A DNA stretch of 64,000 bases from Adineta vaga (Eukaryota > Animalia > Rotifera): assembly GCA_021613535.1 (NCBI GenBank), contig CP075494.1:15128001-15192000 (forward strand), given 5' to 3'. Every line of letters starts with the position of its first letter. The stretch's first letter is position 1. A program made the position numbers and the translations under genes. The notes below the pieces were generated by a model. The model saw only the letters and a program-made list of their open reading frames with translations, searched no databases and was not told the origin of the DNA. Shown here piece after piece: positions 41,815 through 64,000 of the stretch.

Positions 41815-42243
41815 CTCACTTGATCTTTTTCTGACTTCTATTTTTACACATCTTCTAATGAAATTAGTTCTTCAAAAATAAATTTTAACTTTTCTATATA
41901 AGTTCATATTTATCATCGTATAAAAGGTTTGCAGAGATGTAAAGATGCGACCTCTTCTGTAAATGATTCAATGGATAGAAAAAAGAAAACTGGATAACTA
42001 ATAAACTCACTCAACATTGATGAAGAACTAAAGTCAAAAAGATTTTTACATCAATCTGTTTAATACGTTCTTATCGGAACTTTTCTGTCGATAAAATACA
42101 CAAGCAATGACTCATAATTTGTATGAATTGCATGATCATCCTTGCAATGTCTTTCTTTTTCTATATAAAAGCTTTTGACATGTCGAATTTCACTTACATA
42201 TAAACACATACTATTTCAAAATTTTCTTCTCATAGATAGAACT

Positions 42244-42906
42244 ATGTCGCATCTTAGTAATCGATTCGTACCATTCAATGAAATTGAAGGTACTGCTTCG
42301 AACAATGTTCCAGCTTATTCAAATAAAAATAGTAGTATTTTCAACATTGGACGACATTATCTTCATGGAATTTACACTGGTTATCAATGGCAATGTGTCG
42401 AATATGCTCGTCGATGGTTATTATTACGTAAAAGTTGTATATTCAAAGATATCTCATCTGCATGTGATATATGGCGTAGTGTCTCATATGTTGAACGAGT
42501 AACTGATGGTCAACAATTTACTTTACGACCAGTTCCAAATGGTTCATCAGAAGCGCCAGTGAAAAATTCATTACTTATTTATCAACGTAGTCGAAAGTTG
42601 CCTTTTGGTCATGTAGCGATTATAACTGATGTTGTATCCGATCATGTACATGTTGCTGAACAGAATAATTTACATAATTACTGGACGAATGATTACGCAC
42701 GTCGATTACCGATTCGATTTGAAAATGGGCTTTATTATATAGATGATAAAGATACAATTTTCGGTTGGATGGTTATTGAAGATAATGGTCAATTACAACC
42801 ATTAGAAGACTCACATAAAGATCAAATTCTTCCACAATATATTCATCGACAACCAACGGGAATATTCGCACGTTTATTTACTTCGAATAGAAACCAAAAT
42901 TCGTAA
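42244..42906 (+). CDS. Stand-alone CHAP cysteine amidase, glutathionylspermidine/trypanothione amidase-type (intronless)
   Basis: 'NVPAYSN', 'YTGYQWQCVEYARRWL', 'PFGHVAIIT', 'HVAEQN', 'IFGWM'. Cys-His-Glu triad as in the Gsp amidase domain; no synthetase domain follows. Confidence 0.88.
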   Translation: MSHLSNRFVPFNEIEGTASNNVPAYSNKNSSIFNIGRHYLHGIYTGYQWQCVEYARRWLLLRKSCIFKDISSACDIWRSVSYVERVTDGQQFTLRPVPNGSSEAPVKNSLLIYQRSRKLPFGHVAIITDVVSDHVHVAEQNNLHNYWTNDYARRLPIRFENGLYYIDDKDTIFGWMVIEDNGQLQPLEDSHKDQILPQYIHRQPTGIFARLFTSNRNQNS

Positions 42907-42978
42907 TAATTAATTCATAGAAGTGTTTATATTTTATAAATAAAAACGAGTTTAAAAAAAACAAGCATGTTTGATAAG

Positions 42979-43990
42979 TTATTGTGGTAAAATTTGATTT
43001 TCTCTTTGGAAAAAAATCAAATGACCTAGTACATTGACTACATCTCGACGAAATCGATCGGAGACGATGAAATAGCAATAAAACGAACTCTAAAATAAGA
43101 ATCTCATCAGTTTGTATATTGAATAAATTTCATTCTCACATCACAGAACAACTTACTACGTATGTCCCATAACCATAGCTACTAAAAACCAATTGAATCA
43201 CTTGTTCTATTTCATATTGATACGCACTTTTATTAACATTTGCTGTTACAAAGAAATATGTTTGAGCAGCACCAGCTGGAACTTGAAAAATCAATACACT
43301 CGCCGATTGTGCTAATGCCATAATTATCATTTGTTTTGTAAGATCATGTAATGCATGTCGTTGATGAAGATGTGCATAGGTAAGAAAAGCAAAGACTATA
43401 ATGATTGTCACTGGTATGATAGTCCAAAGACCAATTTGAATAAAATAATTATGATACCATGAATAAGATACGTTTGTCGATATACAAGATGATGTGCCGA
43501 CAACATTAATGAGTTGTTGATAGTAAACGTAGGGAATTTCGTGTAAAATCCAAATGCAAAGAGTTGAAAGAATTAAATATCGTGCAATTCGAACATTACT
43601 CATTCGACGATAGATGACCGAACGTGAAGAGGATAGATAGGCATTGATTGATTGCATACAAAGGAATGTTAGAGATGTTAGAGATGCAACATAGATTAAA
43701 GGTACACGAAATTTACACCAGAATTGACTGATTTTTGTGGGATCAAGTCGAAAATTATAACTAAATAGTCGAGTACTGAGACCAAAACCAATAACAGTCA
43801 AATCCGAAAACGATCTAGCTATGATATAATATGAAGATGCATTATGTCTATAATGGCCTGATGTAATGAAAATAATAATATTAAGAATATTGCCTAAAAT
43901 ACCACTGATTAGGAATATAAAACCAACAGTAAGACTTAAATTTTGAGAAATCATTTGAAGATTTGGCATATTCGTGACGTTCGACGACAT
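42979..43990 (-). CDS. Orphan class A GPCR (lineage-expanded type), 2 exons
   Basis: 'GILGNILNIIIF', 'FWCKFR', 'CMQSINAYLSSS', 'IIPVTIIIVF', 'TKQMIIM'. Second exon 'SSFYCYFIVSDRFRRDV...LPQ*' after an intron ~43090-43156. Confidence 0.8.
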
Positions 43991-44537
43991 ACTTCTTTAT
44001 AAAAATAAATATATCAAAATGACATACAGAAGTATTCATTCTATTTATATCCAAACACGAACAAAACAAATCTAATGCCCTCATACGGTTTCTGATGCGG
44101 AAAGGCAAAAGTTTAATAGAATTTATCTTCACAAACTCAGTTATTTGAGTTATAAGGTACAATTATCTTTCATTCATCTAAAAATAGTTTGCACTCCATC
44201 CTATGATCTATTTGGAAAAAAAACATCACGTTTCTCATGACGTAAAAATGCCACAGATTGAAGAAACACTCAAATTGTATAATAATGAACGAATTTGATC
44301 TTTATCACTTCAAAGTGTTATTAATGATCAACCTCGTTTCATTCACACATTTCTTTTCGAAATCAATTAACACATATTTAATGTTTTGTTTTTCCTTCAA
44401 TTTGATAATAACCATCGATTATGAGTTTTCTACCAGATGAATATCGTGAAAAATAATTTATTTAAGACAAATGATAAAGCAACAAGAATCTCAAGTATTT
44501 AGACAGAAAAAAGAAGAGAGAAAATGTACGTTCAATC

Positions 44538-46222
44538 TTAATCGCATAGACGATAAGCAGCCGATTGTGTTCCATTCAATGAATCACTTATTTCAAATAT
44601 ATATGCAATACATAAAAGTAGTTCATTTGTTTCTTTCTTCACTACCGTCTAAATAATGTTCATAAAACAATAAAAAAAGAGATGATCAATGATAATCACT
44701 TACTTGTAGTATGCCTAAATGTTCAAGTACAGCATTCATTTTGTCACGCATATACATTCCTGTTTTAAGTTTTTTAATAAAATCAACCATAAATGTACAC
44801 ATTGTTGTATCTGTTGAACGATAGAGATATTTGTTCATCATTTCATCATGTTTTATTGTGCCGTTCTATGAATTAGAGTTGAGACTGAAGAGTTTTCTAT
44901 GTAGAAAAACCTTACTTCGATTTTTTCGACAATTGTTCTATCAAATGAACAAACTTTTGTAGTTATTGAAATATTCATATGATTTTCTAAACTTTCAAAA
45001 CTAAACGCAAAGATTAGTCTATTCAATTTCGAAAGAAATCTTACATAGACGAATGATAAAATGTATCTGTTCCATCTTCTTCATAATCCATATTGACCTA
45101 AACAAAAGAGTTTTTTTTGAAAATTTCATTAAAATTTCCTTCTCAATTCTTACCCAAACTTTGACAACATAGAAAACGTCATCGAAATCTTTGCGATAAA
45201 GATCTTTTAACATTGGAAATAAATCAATAATTTGATTTATTTTTATTCTCTAAACAAATCTCACATATACATGAGAAAATCATCACTCTCAACTTACTTC
45301 AGCTTTCATATCAGTTCCAACTTCTTCATTGATATGAAGTAGATAATGTTTCTAAAAAAAACAAAAACTAAATTTCTATCGGGTTTACGAGCAATTCTTA
45401 CTGAATTCGGATTGGATTTTAATTGAATGTAGCCGGTAAATTCAACTAATCTTAGTCGATTAGAATTGATACAATGTGTATTCATTGTTGAAAGAAAATC
45501 AGTTGTTGAAGATGATGGTGTAAAAGCTTTCAAACTAATCGAACGAATATTTTCATCTTGTTAAAATTCAATAACTTACTCGATGAATGACGATGAAGTT
45601 ACAGGTGAAAAGATTGATACAGGTGGATTATAATAAGATGAAGTTGTTTCCGGATTTGTTGTTGTATGACGTAATTGTTGATAATGTTGATTGAGAAGAA
45701 ATGTTCGATGAGAATCTTTAAAATTTGAATCCTAAAACAAGATTTATTATTTTTTTCTTTCTCAATGATCAGAACTAAGATGTATATATTTACTTTAAAT
45801 AATGAATGAATTTCTTTCGATTTTCGTTTAGCTAAAACTTGAATATGTGATGACACTTGTTTACGTGTGCGTAATTTTCCTGTACGCATTTTAATATAAC
45901 GAGATATTAATTCATTTCTTCCGAACATTTTTCCTTCATCCGATAGAATAATTTTTCTTCGGCCACATGCTGGATAAATAGTCAATGCTTCCTACAAAAT
46001 AAAATCAATATTTCATCATCAAAAAACGAAATACTTTCATCATACATGAAAACTTTGCTCAATATCCGGACTCCATACACCTTCACCATCATTGTTTTGT
46101 TCATCGTCTAATTCTTCTGTTGAAGTTGATTCTTCTGATTTAATTGAACAATTTGTTCGATCAAAATCTTTAACAAATTGTAAGGGTGATGGCCAACAGG
46201 ACGGCATACTAAAAAAATCCAT
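44538..46222 (-). CDS. TEAD: TEAD/Scalloped transcription factor, multi-exon
   Basis: TEA domain '[66 protein letters not shown]'. YAP-binding domain 'LRLVEFTGY', 'FYVVKVW', '[13 protein letters not shown]', '[10 protein letters not shown]'. Confidence 0.93.
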
Positions 46223-47782
46223 CAATACAAATCGATCATGATCATCGAGAAGAGAAGGTACATCAAAATAAAAAAACGAATGTTACATCATCTACACACA
46301 CACACACACGCAAAGTTAATTCGATGAGTAAATAAGACATGTTGTTTGTTTCGAGATTAATAAGAAATGATCTATGCGTGGCAAAATATCTGCATAGATG
46401 TGAGAACAAAGATCAAATCTCTCCTTGTTATTGAGGTCTTCAATACTTACTTAATTAAATGATTAGAAATCATAATTTTTTCTTGAAAGAAAATTTGTCT
46501 GTAGATTTCAAATATATGTGAAGATATATGATACTCAATAAACAGCACATACACGCACAGAATAGAGATATGAGAAAGAATGTCGAAAGACGATTTTGTC
46601 TATGCAATGTAATGGATAAAATAGTTGTGCTATCACATCGAACTATATTAACCAATCTCTTTCAGGTATGTAATATTATCTCTTTTTGACTTTCTTCTTT
46701 TCTATTTATCTATATTTATATCTCTAAGCGAATCGAAATGATTTGTTTAACTTAACGTTTATGTCAATCGATTAAGCAGCTGTCACGTGTTCAATTAAAA
46801 TGAATGAACAGTTGGTAAATTGTTTTGATGAAGAAGAAAAAAAACAAAATCACCTGTGTATTTCGATGAGGATTGACAAATGTATATATGTTTAATGTAA
46901 TGTCTAGATGAACATCAATGAGAATGAAATTTTCTTCTGAAAATCAATTTCATTTCCGTGTGAAATTGACTGTTTACTCTTTCTGATGTGTTCATCAGCG
47001 AATTGAACGAAAGAAGGAAAAAAATACACACTTGTTCTTTTGAGAAAAAAAACACATCTAAAACACTCTTCTCTTCTCATGATGACTTCATTGAAAAGTA
47101 TTAGATCAAACAGTAATCAACAATTTGAAGAAAGTCCTCAGGCGCAAAGTATGTATGAAGAGGAAACATATGTACAATCAATGTTCACATTAGTAGTCTA
47201 TGAGTAATGAGATATTAACACGTATTGATCAATTTAGATGGATATTGTAAAAGGAAGGAAAAAAGAGCATATGTCTTTTCAAATTTTCGTAAATGTTGAA
47301 TAGAAAAATGAATCAACGGACATAAGAAGAAGAGATACTTGAATTGAAGTTTGTGGAGTAGACACTTGAAATAAATTTGTTGAATGATAAAAATTCGAAA
47401 TGATCTTTCATTTTAATTTTTCAAAAAATTCATTCGATTGATTACGAAAAACACTTGCATATCATTGTTATAACAATGTGAATGTTCTGTGTTTATACAA
47501 ATACAATGACTACATTACGTATGGACAAAAACATTTTCTCATTGGAAAATATGCGCACATACATACAAGGATATCTACCCAACACTTTCGTATTGCTTGT
47601 TTTCATCCTCTCTCAAACACACACACACACACATACATACATATACAGACAAAATAGTTGAATAGAGAAGGAAATGCTTTTGACAACAAATGAAAAGTGA
47701 AAAAAATCGAGCAAAGTTGACGAGAAAGAATAAGCGTGATATGAACACAAAACAGAAGAATTTTGACGACGAAAGAAAAGAG

Positions 47783-50058
47783 TTAAATTTGAGAAAGAAG
47801 TCGTTCAATAGCTGCATTTACATCGCCCATGGTTGCTGTCAAAGCTAAAATTATTTTCAAACAATGAATTCAAGAAAAGCAATATAACATCATTAATTAC
47901 CTCGAATATTCGCTTCACGATTGGTAAAACCCATGGAGACAAGTTGTTCTAACTGAACAGCATAACGTTGGTCCGGTGGTGTATTCTAGACAAATTTAAA
48001 TCATAAAATTTCGCAAGAAAAACGAGCTTTTAGAGGAACATACAATATTTTGACTCGACATCATGTTTAACATCTGAGCGAAGACACCAGCATAATTATT
48101 TGGATCATTAGCCGTTGATGCATTATTTGTACCAGATGATTGAGGAGGTTGATTCGTCGATGAAGTTCCAGTATTACCAGGTGATGCTAAACCAGTTGGA
48201 CCAAAACGAAGACCAGCTGGTAAACCACCGCTAAAAAAGTAGTTTGCTCATTGAATAGAAAATCATGATTAAATTCGTATATTTACGCTTGAAAGAGATT
48301 AGGAGCTGCAGTATGCAATCGTTGAAGACCTAAACGATACATAGTTGAATCATTCTTTATCGACAATTGATTTGTTTACCTTCTTGCACTTGTGTAATTG
48401 CTTCTAAAGCTTCTCGATTCTGCATTAATGATTGAACTTCAGGATTTCTCATTTGTTCCATCATTGATGGTAATGCATTCAACATTTGTTCGCGCAATTG
48501 AGGATTATTAGCAAACATTGGATTGTTCATAACCATTTGTCTTGATATATCTGGATTAGTTGCAAGCGCATCCATTAATGGTTGCATATAAGGTACATTA
48601 AGTACACTTTCAAGTAATCGAGGATTTTGAACTAATTGTGACATATAATTTTGCATCGAAGGTGAAATTAAACCAGGTGAACTACCCGTTGCACCTGTTG
48701 GAATTGCTGAAGGCGCTTGTTGAGCATTCGTTGAATCATTCGATTGTTGTTGAGTTTGATGTGATGGTGTTGCAGTAGTAGCGGCAGCACCACGTGGTGC
48801 CCATGGATTTGGTAATGGATCAGTATTTTCAGTTCGTACTGTTGATGTATTGTCTACGAGAAAGAAAAAGATTGGATGAAAGAAAAACAGACAAATTCTA
48901 TACCTCCATTGCCAGTGAATAATTGTGAAAATGGATTATTACCAAATTGTTCTTGTGCTGCTGAATACATCGGTTCTTGTACATCATGATAAATACGTTG
49001 TAAAGCATTGAAACCACCAGGAATACTCTAAAAGAATATTATAAAAGATTCTTGTTGAAAAATGTGAGCAAGAAAAAAACAAGAGAAATTTACTTCAAGA
49101 TTACTCATAGCTCGATCATGATTGCGCATCATTTCTTGCATTGCTGTTGGATTACGAGCAAATTCCATTGTTTGTCGAAGTAAATCAGGATTATTCAACA
49201 AATGAGATATTTCAGGATTACGCTATAAGATAAATCCAATCGATGACTTTTTCTATTCAAATGATTTTTACCTCCATTAAATCACGAATTTGTGGATTGC
49301 TAAGTAATAATGAACGTAATAAATCGGGATTACCTGTTATACTTTGTATAACAGGACTATCCATTAATTGACGAATTTGTCCTGGATTATTCATAATCTA
49401 TGTAAAAACAAATGAAAGCTTCGATTTTAATCAAGTCTCTACAATAAAATTACTTGTTGTTGCAATTGTTGTTGCATATCACCGAAATTTGTATTTGCAA
49501 AATTTAAATTTCCCATTCCAGGAAAAGCACCGAGACCAAATGGAAAAGTACCAGTTGGATTCGGCTGTTGTGTTGCAGTTGGATGAGTTTCAGCTTGAGT
49601 TCCGGGTGATGTTGCAGTAGGAGTAGCAGATCCATTCGAGGTTGTGTCAGATTTTGGTGCTCGGATAACCAAATGAATTGTAACACCATCTTTTATATCT
49701 ATGATTTTTGATGACGAAATTGAGAACAAGTTTAAAATCTTATACAAATCCTACCATGTTTTTTCAAATCTTCATCATCTTTGAGAATTTTACCAGAATA
49801 GATAAGACATATCTGATCATTCGATGTACTAAATTCATTCGCTACTTGATCTTTTAACTAAAACAAATTTATTTTGCATATTATTGAATTCTATGTCTAA
49901 GAATTAACCTGTTTAACAGTTGCAGATGCATCAATTGATATATCTTTCTTTTCTTTTGGTGTTTTAATTGCTAATTTCAACATTGAATTCGATGTTGTTT
50001 CGGATTTAGGACTAACCACCGGTGCATCATTATTGCTTGAATCCATTTGTTCACTCAT
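47783..50058 (-). CDS. UBQLN: Ubiquilin (UBL-STI1-UBA)
   Basis: UBL 'LAIKTPKEK...[12 protein letters not shown]...TIHLVIR'; STI1 '[29 protein letters not shown]'; UBA '[39 protein letters not shown]'. Confidence 0.95.
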
Positions 50059-50271
50059 TTGTTTAATTGTTATTGTTCGTTTTCAATAATTTAAAAGGAT
50101 AATCTACAATAGAAGAAAAACCATATAATGTTTTCTTCAATTCATTCTTGTTTTGTTGTGTCTAATAACATTTTATTGTCGTACAAAGAACAGAACAACA
50201 GTTAGAGAGACAAAAGGAAGAAAAAGAGAAAAATGATTATACAAGAAAGAAAGAAACAACCGGTTTGATCT

Positions 50272-57858
<7,587 letters not shown>

Positions 57859-58437
57859 GTTGGTGATCTAGAAAAAAAACGATATTAGAAAATTAGAAAT
57901 AAAAAATTTCAGTTTTAAGAAATAAACAAAGAATAGAATGTGTAATGTAGAAATTTTCATTTCACCATCTTCAATTTGATTAGTTTGTCCTCTAAGAGAA
58001 ACGATTATTTCTCCTGACATCTATGAAATCGTTCAAAATGATTTTTCAAAGAAAATCTCTTCTTATATTTTGAATTCATTTAAATAAAATATTTTGAAAT
58101 CGATTCGAATCGAATTTGTAAAAATGAATTTTAATTTTAATTGGCTCAATCATTATATGTTTTAAATATTGTTGTAAAAGTCATGGTTTTGCTCAAAATT
58201 ACTCATCTGGAACATTTCATCTTTATCGATCTATTCGTTCCGCATCGTGCTTCGAATTTTATACGTAACTATTCGTGTTATCATCACGAACACGTAAGAA
58301 TATATTTTGCATCGATATATGTACATGTGCCGGTCGACTGAACATCACCTGTTTGATCGTCATCGACTTTTTACCTATTAGTTATAATTTTTATTTCAAA
58401 CGAATATACAAAATAGTGCGAAAGAAATTGATTAACG

Positions 58438-60456
<2,019 letters not shown>

Positions 60457-61260
60457 GGAAATCTATAGATCTCTATCATTCGAGTTGTTTTTTTTTCATT
60501 TGTTCGTTGTTTTTTTTTCACTCGCTAAAATTTTCCAATTATTACATCATATCAACGAATAACTTAGTTCTGTGATCATGTTAGAGTGTTTGTTAATTAT
60601 TTACGTCTTTTTTTTGACAAAACATACATCCACTTTCATATGTTATATTCATTTGAGAAAGATTGAGACGCAAAAAGAACGCCATTATCTTTCACGTATA
60701 TATATATATATATATCTCATTGCTAACAGCACTCAATCAATCAGTTCATTAAAGCTTTTTCTTCTCTCTCATTCTTCAGGAAGTTTATTGAACAATATTG
60801 CAACGACATTTCAACCAAATATTCATCGAAATATTTTCCCATGTGCACCTTCATCTATTCATTCAGATAAATCCATTTCTGTAAGTAATTCAATCTACCG
60901 ATTCGATTGACATCTTTGTCTTCTTCTTTTTTTTATCGTTTTAGAAAAACTCATCATCTGCTCTTTGACAACAGTCAGATAAAAAACCATAAAATAAATC
61001 ATCATCGATTCGATTCCTATAAACATATTATTCTTTTTCTATTGCAAATGTCTATGTCTTTCAAGAAAGAAAAATAACCGTTCTTTTTTTTGCAGATAAA
61101 TAAATTATATCAAATTTCGATTCTATTTGTTCTATGAAATATTCGATGTAAAAGAGAACCTATTGACGATTACGATTCTTATCGTTATTTATGATCTCTG
61201 ATAAATAGTAAAAATTCTCTTCATAATTCGTTCTTTATTTGATTTTCAGATGTAATTGAA

Positions 61261-63520
61261 ATGACTTGTTCATCGGCTTGGGATTCAACACCTATTGGTC
61301 GTTTCTTTCATCTTCATTTATGTCAAAATGAAAATCTATCACCACAATTAATTATCGAAGATAAAGTTATTCGATCGATAGTTCACTTGAAAAACACTTC
61401 AACAATCTATTTTATTGCAACATTAATATCCGATGATGAATCACAACGTTTAACTTATGTAATCGATCGATTTCTAATTACAAATGATATTCATAATCAA
61501 CAATTATTAACTGGCGAATTTCCAGTACCGATTCAATGTGATATGAAGAGTTCTACAATGTTAGATACATTCATTCAAAGTGCAATTCAAGTAAGAAAAG
61601 TCATGATTATCCTACATCATATTTTTTCTTCTCCTAGGACATGGATAGTTACTGTCATTCATCATCATCACCTATTCAATTGCATCGATTTTCGTATCTT
61701 TGTGGTCAAATGTTGGCAAAATATTCTTCTTCTTCTTCTTCCCCTGTAAATATTCATTTCTCCTTTAATCTTTTAACACTAAATAATAGTTTTAAATTAA
61801 CACCAATTAATGCTCCGTGTATGCAAATTTTACCAACAGCTTTATTAAAAAGTCTTAGTTCATCAACAGGAAATAGTATTTATAAAAATCAAGCACATTT
61901 TGGTTATTGTAGTTTAGATCGTATGTTAAGAAATAAAATTTTATTAATACTTGAAAATGATCCACAAGCATGTACTTTGCCACTAATCGGAATGTAAGAA
62001 GTTAATCTTTTCATTTGAAAATCTAATTTTCATTCATCTTTAGTTGGGTATCTGGAATAACCGATATTCAATGTTCATTTGTTTGGGCAGCATGCCTTCG
62101 TTTTTGTATGAATTCATCATTGAACCAACGTCTTAGATCTGAAAACGAACCATTTTTACTGGCATGTTATCTCTCAACGTCGCATGGACAATGTGAATTT
62201 TATGAAGTTAAACCGATGACAATGGATTCGAATACAATTGAATATGATCGATGGGCATGTTCTAAACAAATTAATATACCGAATTTACCTGCGCATGAGT
62301 TGGATACAAGTTGTAGTACACAATTTCCATACGATTTTGAATTTCGACGTATTTGTGATAATTCAAACTTTCGTGCATCCCCAATGAAAAATGCTTCGGC
62401 AATTCCTTTGGATCATTATCAAGCAATATTTACGTCTCCGAATACAAATGGAAGTCTATTTGGTTTTCCTCGTTTACCACCACGGCAAAGTGCACATGAG
62501 CAGCCTTCATGGGAAGTCATAACCACTGCACCAATGCTGACTCCTAAACGTCAATCTCGACCGTCGTCATCATCTTCTTCTTCGGTGAAATCAAAAGAAT
62601 TTTTATCTCCAACATCATCAATAGATGTTTCTGACAATCGATGGAAAGAAGAATTAATTGAACGAATGCAATCGTATGAAACACATTTCTTATCATTAAC
62701 AAAACTTGTTCATCAACTTTTAAATGCGCAAAATCAACAAAATCTATTAACAACAACACCAAAGAAAGAATGTTCTAAACGAGATGTGGCTGTTCAAAGT
62801 GAACCATCATCACCTTATTTCGATGAATCCTTTGATAAAACAAAACATCATATTATACGATCACCAAACACTGGTCATTATCAACAACCAGCCCATCAAG
62901 TGAGATTACTTCAGTAGTAAAAAGGTTAACTGTTTTTTTGTACATTTAGTTAACTTCCAACCAATTTCAATCACCTTCATCTCAAACAACAACTGATCAA
63001 TCCAGTTTCTCCCGATCTTAAATCGATCGATATTCTCAAACCTATATTTCAATACATCGACAATCAACAACAAAGACAACAAAAAACAGTACATAATTCA
63101 ACTGATACTCTATCACCAAAATCAAATGAGGAAGAAGTTCTCATCACTTCCGATTCAAGTAATCCTATCTCAAAACATGTGACATCAACAAGAATGACAG
63201 GAATTAGTTTTACAGCAAATGGTGTTCAAATGCAATTTATCAATCAACAAAGTAGTACATCAACTGTTTATCCACCAGCTCAACTTCTTCTCACTTCGCC
63301 TCAAAAATCTGAAAATAATCTTTCGATTGAAGTTCATGCTTTAGAAATGAAATATCTCGAAGATGATCAATTAGCAGCAGCTATTGAATGTGATCGTTCA
63401 TCGGCAACGACTTCAACTACAGTACCATCATCATCTCCTCAAATTACGAATAAAAGTTTGTCATTTGAAACTCAAGAATATCTGCAAAGATATGGTCTCT
63501 TCTCGGATGAGAATAAATAA
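61261..63520 (+). CDS. STIL: STIL/SAS-5/Ana2 centriole assembly protein, multi-exon
   Basis: N-terminal 'WDSTPIG', 'GYCSLD...[24 protein letters not shown]...VWAACLRF'. Central coiled coil. STAN-like 'LSIEVHALEMKYLEDDQL' and terminal 'LSFETQEYLQRYGL'. Confidence 0.85.
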
Positions 63521-63711
63521 TATCATTATCAGATAAGAATGACACCGTCCACCGAATTGTTTTTCATTTGTGATATGACATTTTTTTCTATATTCTTTTT
63601 TATGCCTTGATTATTGTTCAGGTATTTTGCATTTTGTATACATATATATATATTCAAAACAATAAAACTGAAATGTAATCAAAGAAAATGATCAATAGAT
63701 CTAGTTTTGTT

Positions 63712-64000
63712 TTATGACAATGAACGAATCATTCGAATAGCATGTGGAGGACGTTTCGATGTATGAATATAATAATTTGATAAGATCCGTTGTTTTCGAA
63801 ATCCAACTTTTTCATATAAACCAATAGCTTTATAATTCTCAATATGAACATCTAAATAAATATATCGATAACCAGTTTGTTGTGCCCATTGAATCACTGT
63901 TTGTAATAAACGAGTACCTATTCCATGACTTTGATTTGTCTGTTGAACACCAAATAACATAACATAAATACCTTGATTAGTATCATCGGCATTATTAAGT
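63712..64000 (-). CDS. GNAT N-acetyltransferase (RimI/NAA50-like), 5' part outside window
   Basis: 'FGVQQTNQSHGIGTRLL', 'IYLDVHIENYKAIGLYEKVGF', 'NYY...AIRM'. Confidence 0.85.
   Translation of the reverse strand, partial: LNNADDTNQGIYVMLFGVQQTNQSHGIGTRLLQTVIQWAQQTGYRYIYLDVHIENYKAIGLYEKVGFRKQRILSNYYIHTSKRPPHAIRMIRSLS

Noticed and set aside
35487-42906. Bacterial contamination of the assembly
   Set aside because: Base composition matches the flanks, the Vint gene has host-type short spliceosomal introns, and there is no operon-like organisation.

Overview
This is AT-rich, gene-dense eukaryotic (animal) genomic DNA with very short (~50-60 nt) GT-AG introns. The gene families present (ART-TPR, F-box/LRR, orphan class A GPCRs, apparent non-metazoan genes) strongly suggest a bdelloid rotifer; this is an inference. 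About 29 genes can be read. Conserved metazoan genes include PRC1, EAPP, ARPC2, an ACAT2-type thiolase, AP3 sigma, eIF1A, membralin, TEAD, ubiquilin, PRPF8, CARM1 and STIL. They flank an ~8 kb accessory block (35.5-44 kb). This block holds an F-box/LRR gene, a degenerate ADP-ribosyltransferase-TPR gene, a U-box-vWA-Vwaint-Hint(Vint) autoprocessing E3-like gene, a stand-alone glutathionylspermidine-amidase-type CHAP gene and an orphan GPCR. The U-box-vWA-Vint gene has an intact Hint catalytic centre and four spliceosomal introns, and is the most striking candidate for an undescribed system. Other observations: a spliced TM+EGF-like gene missed by the ORF track, an RS/RD-rich makorin-like protein, a probable alternative CARM1 C-terminus, and a cluster of single-base frameshifts confined to the first ~8 kb. 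No rRNA, intact tRNA, CRISPR array or intact transposon was recognised. Exon boundaries were read by eye and coordinates are approximate.
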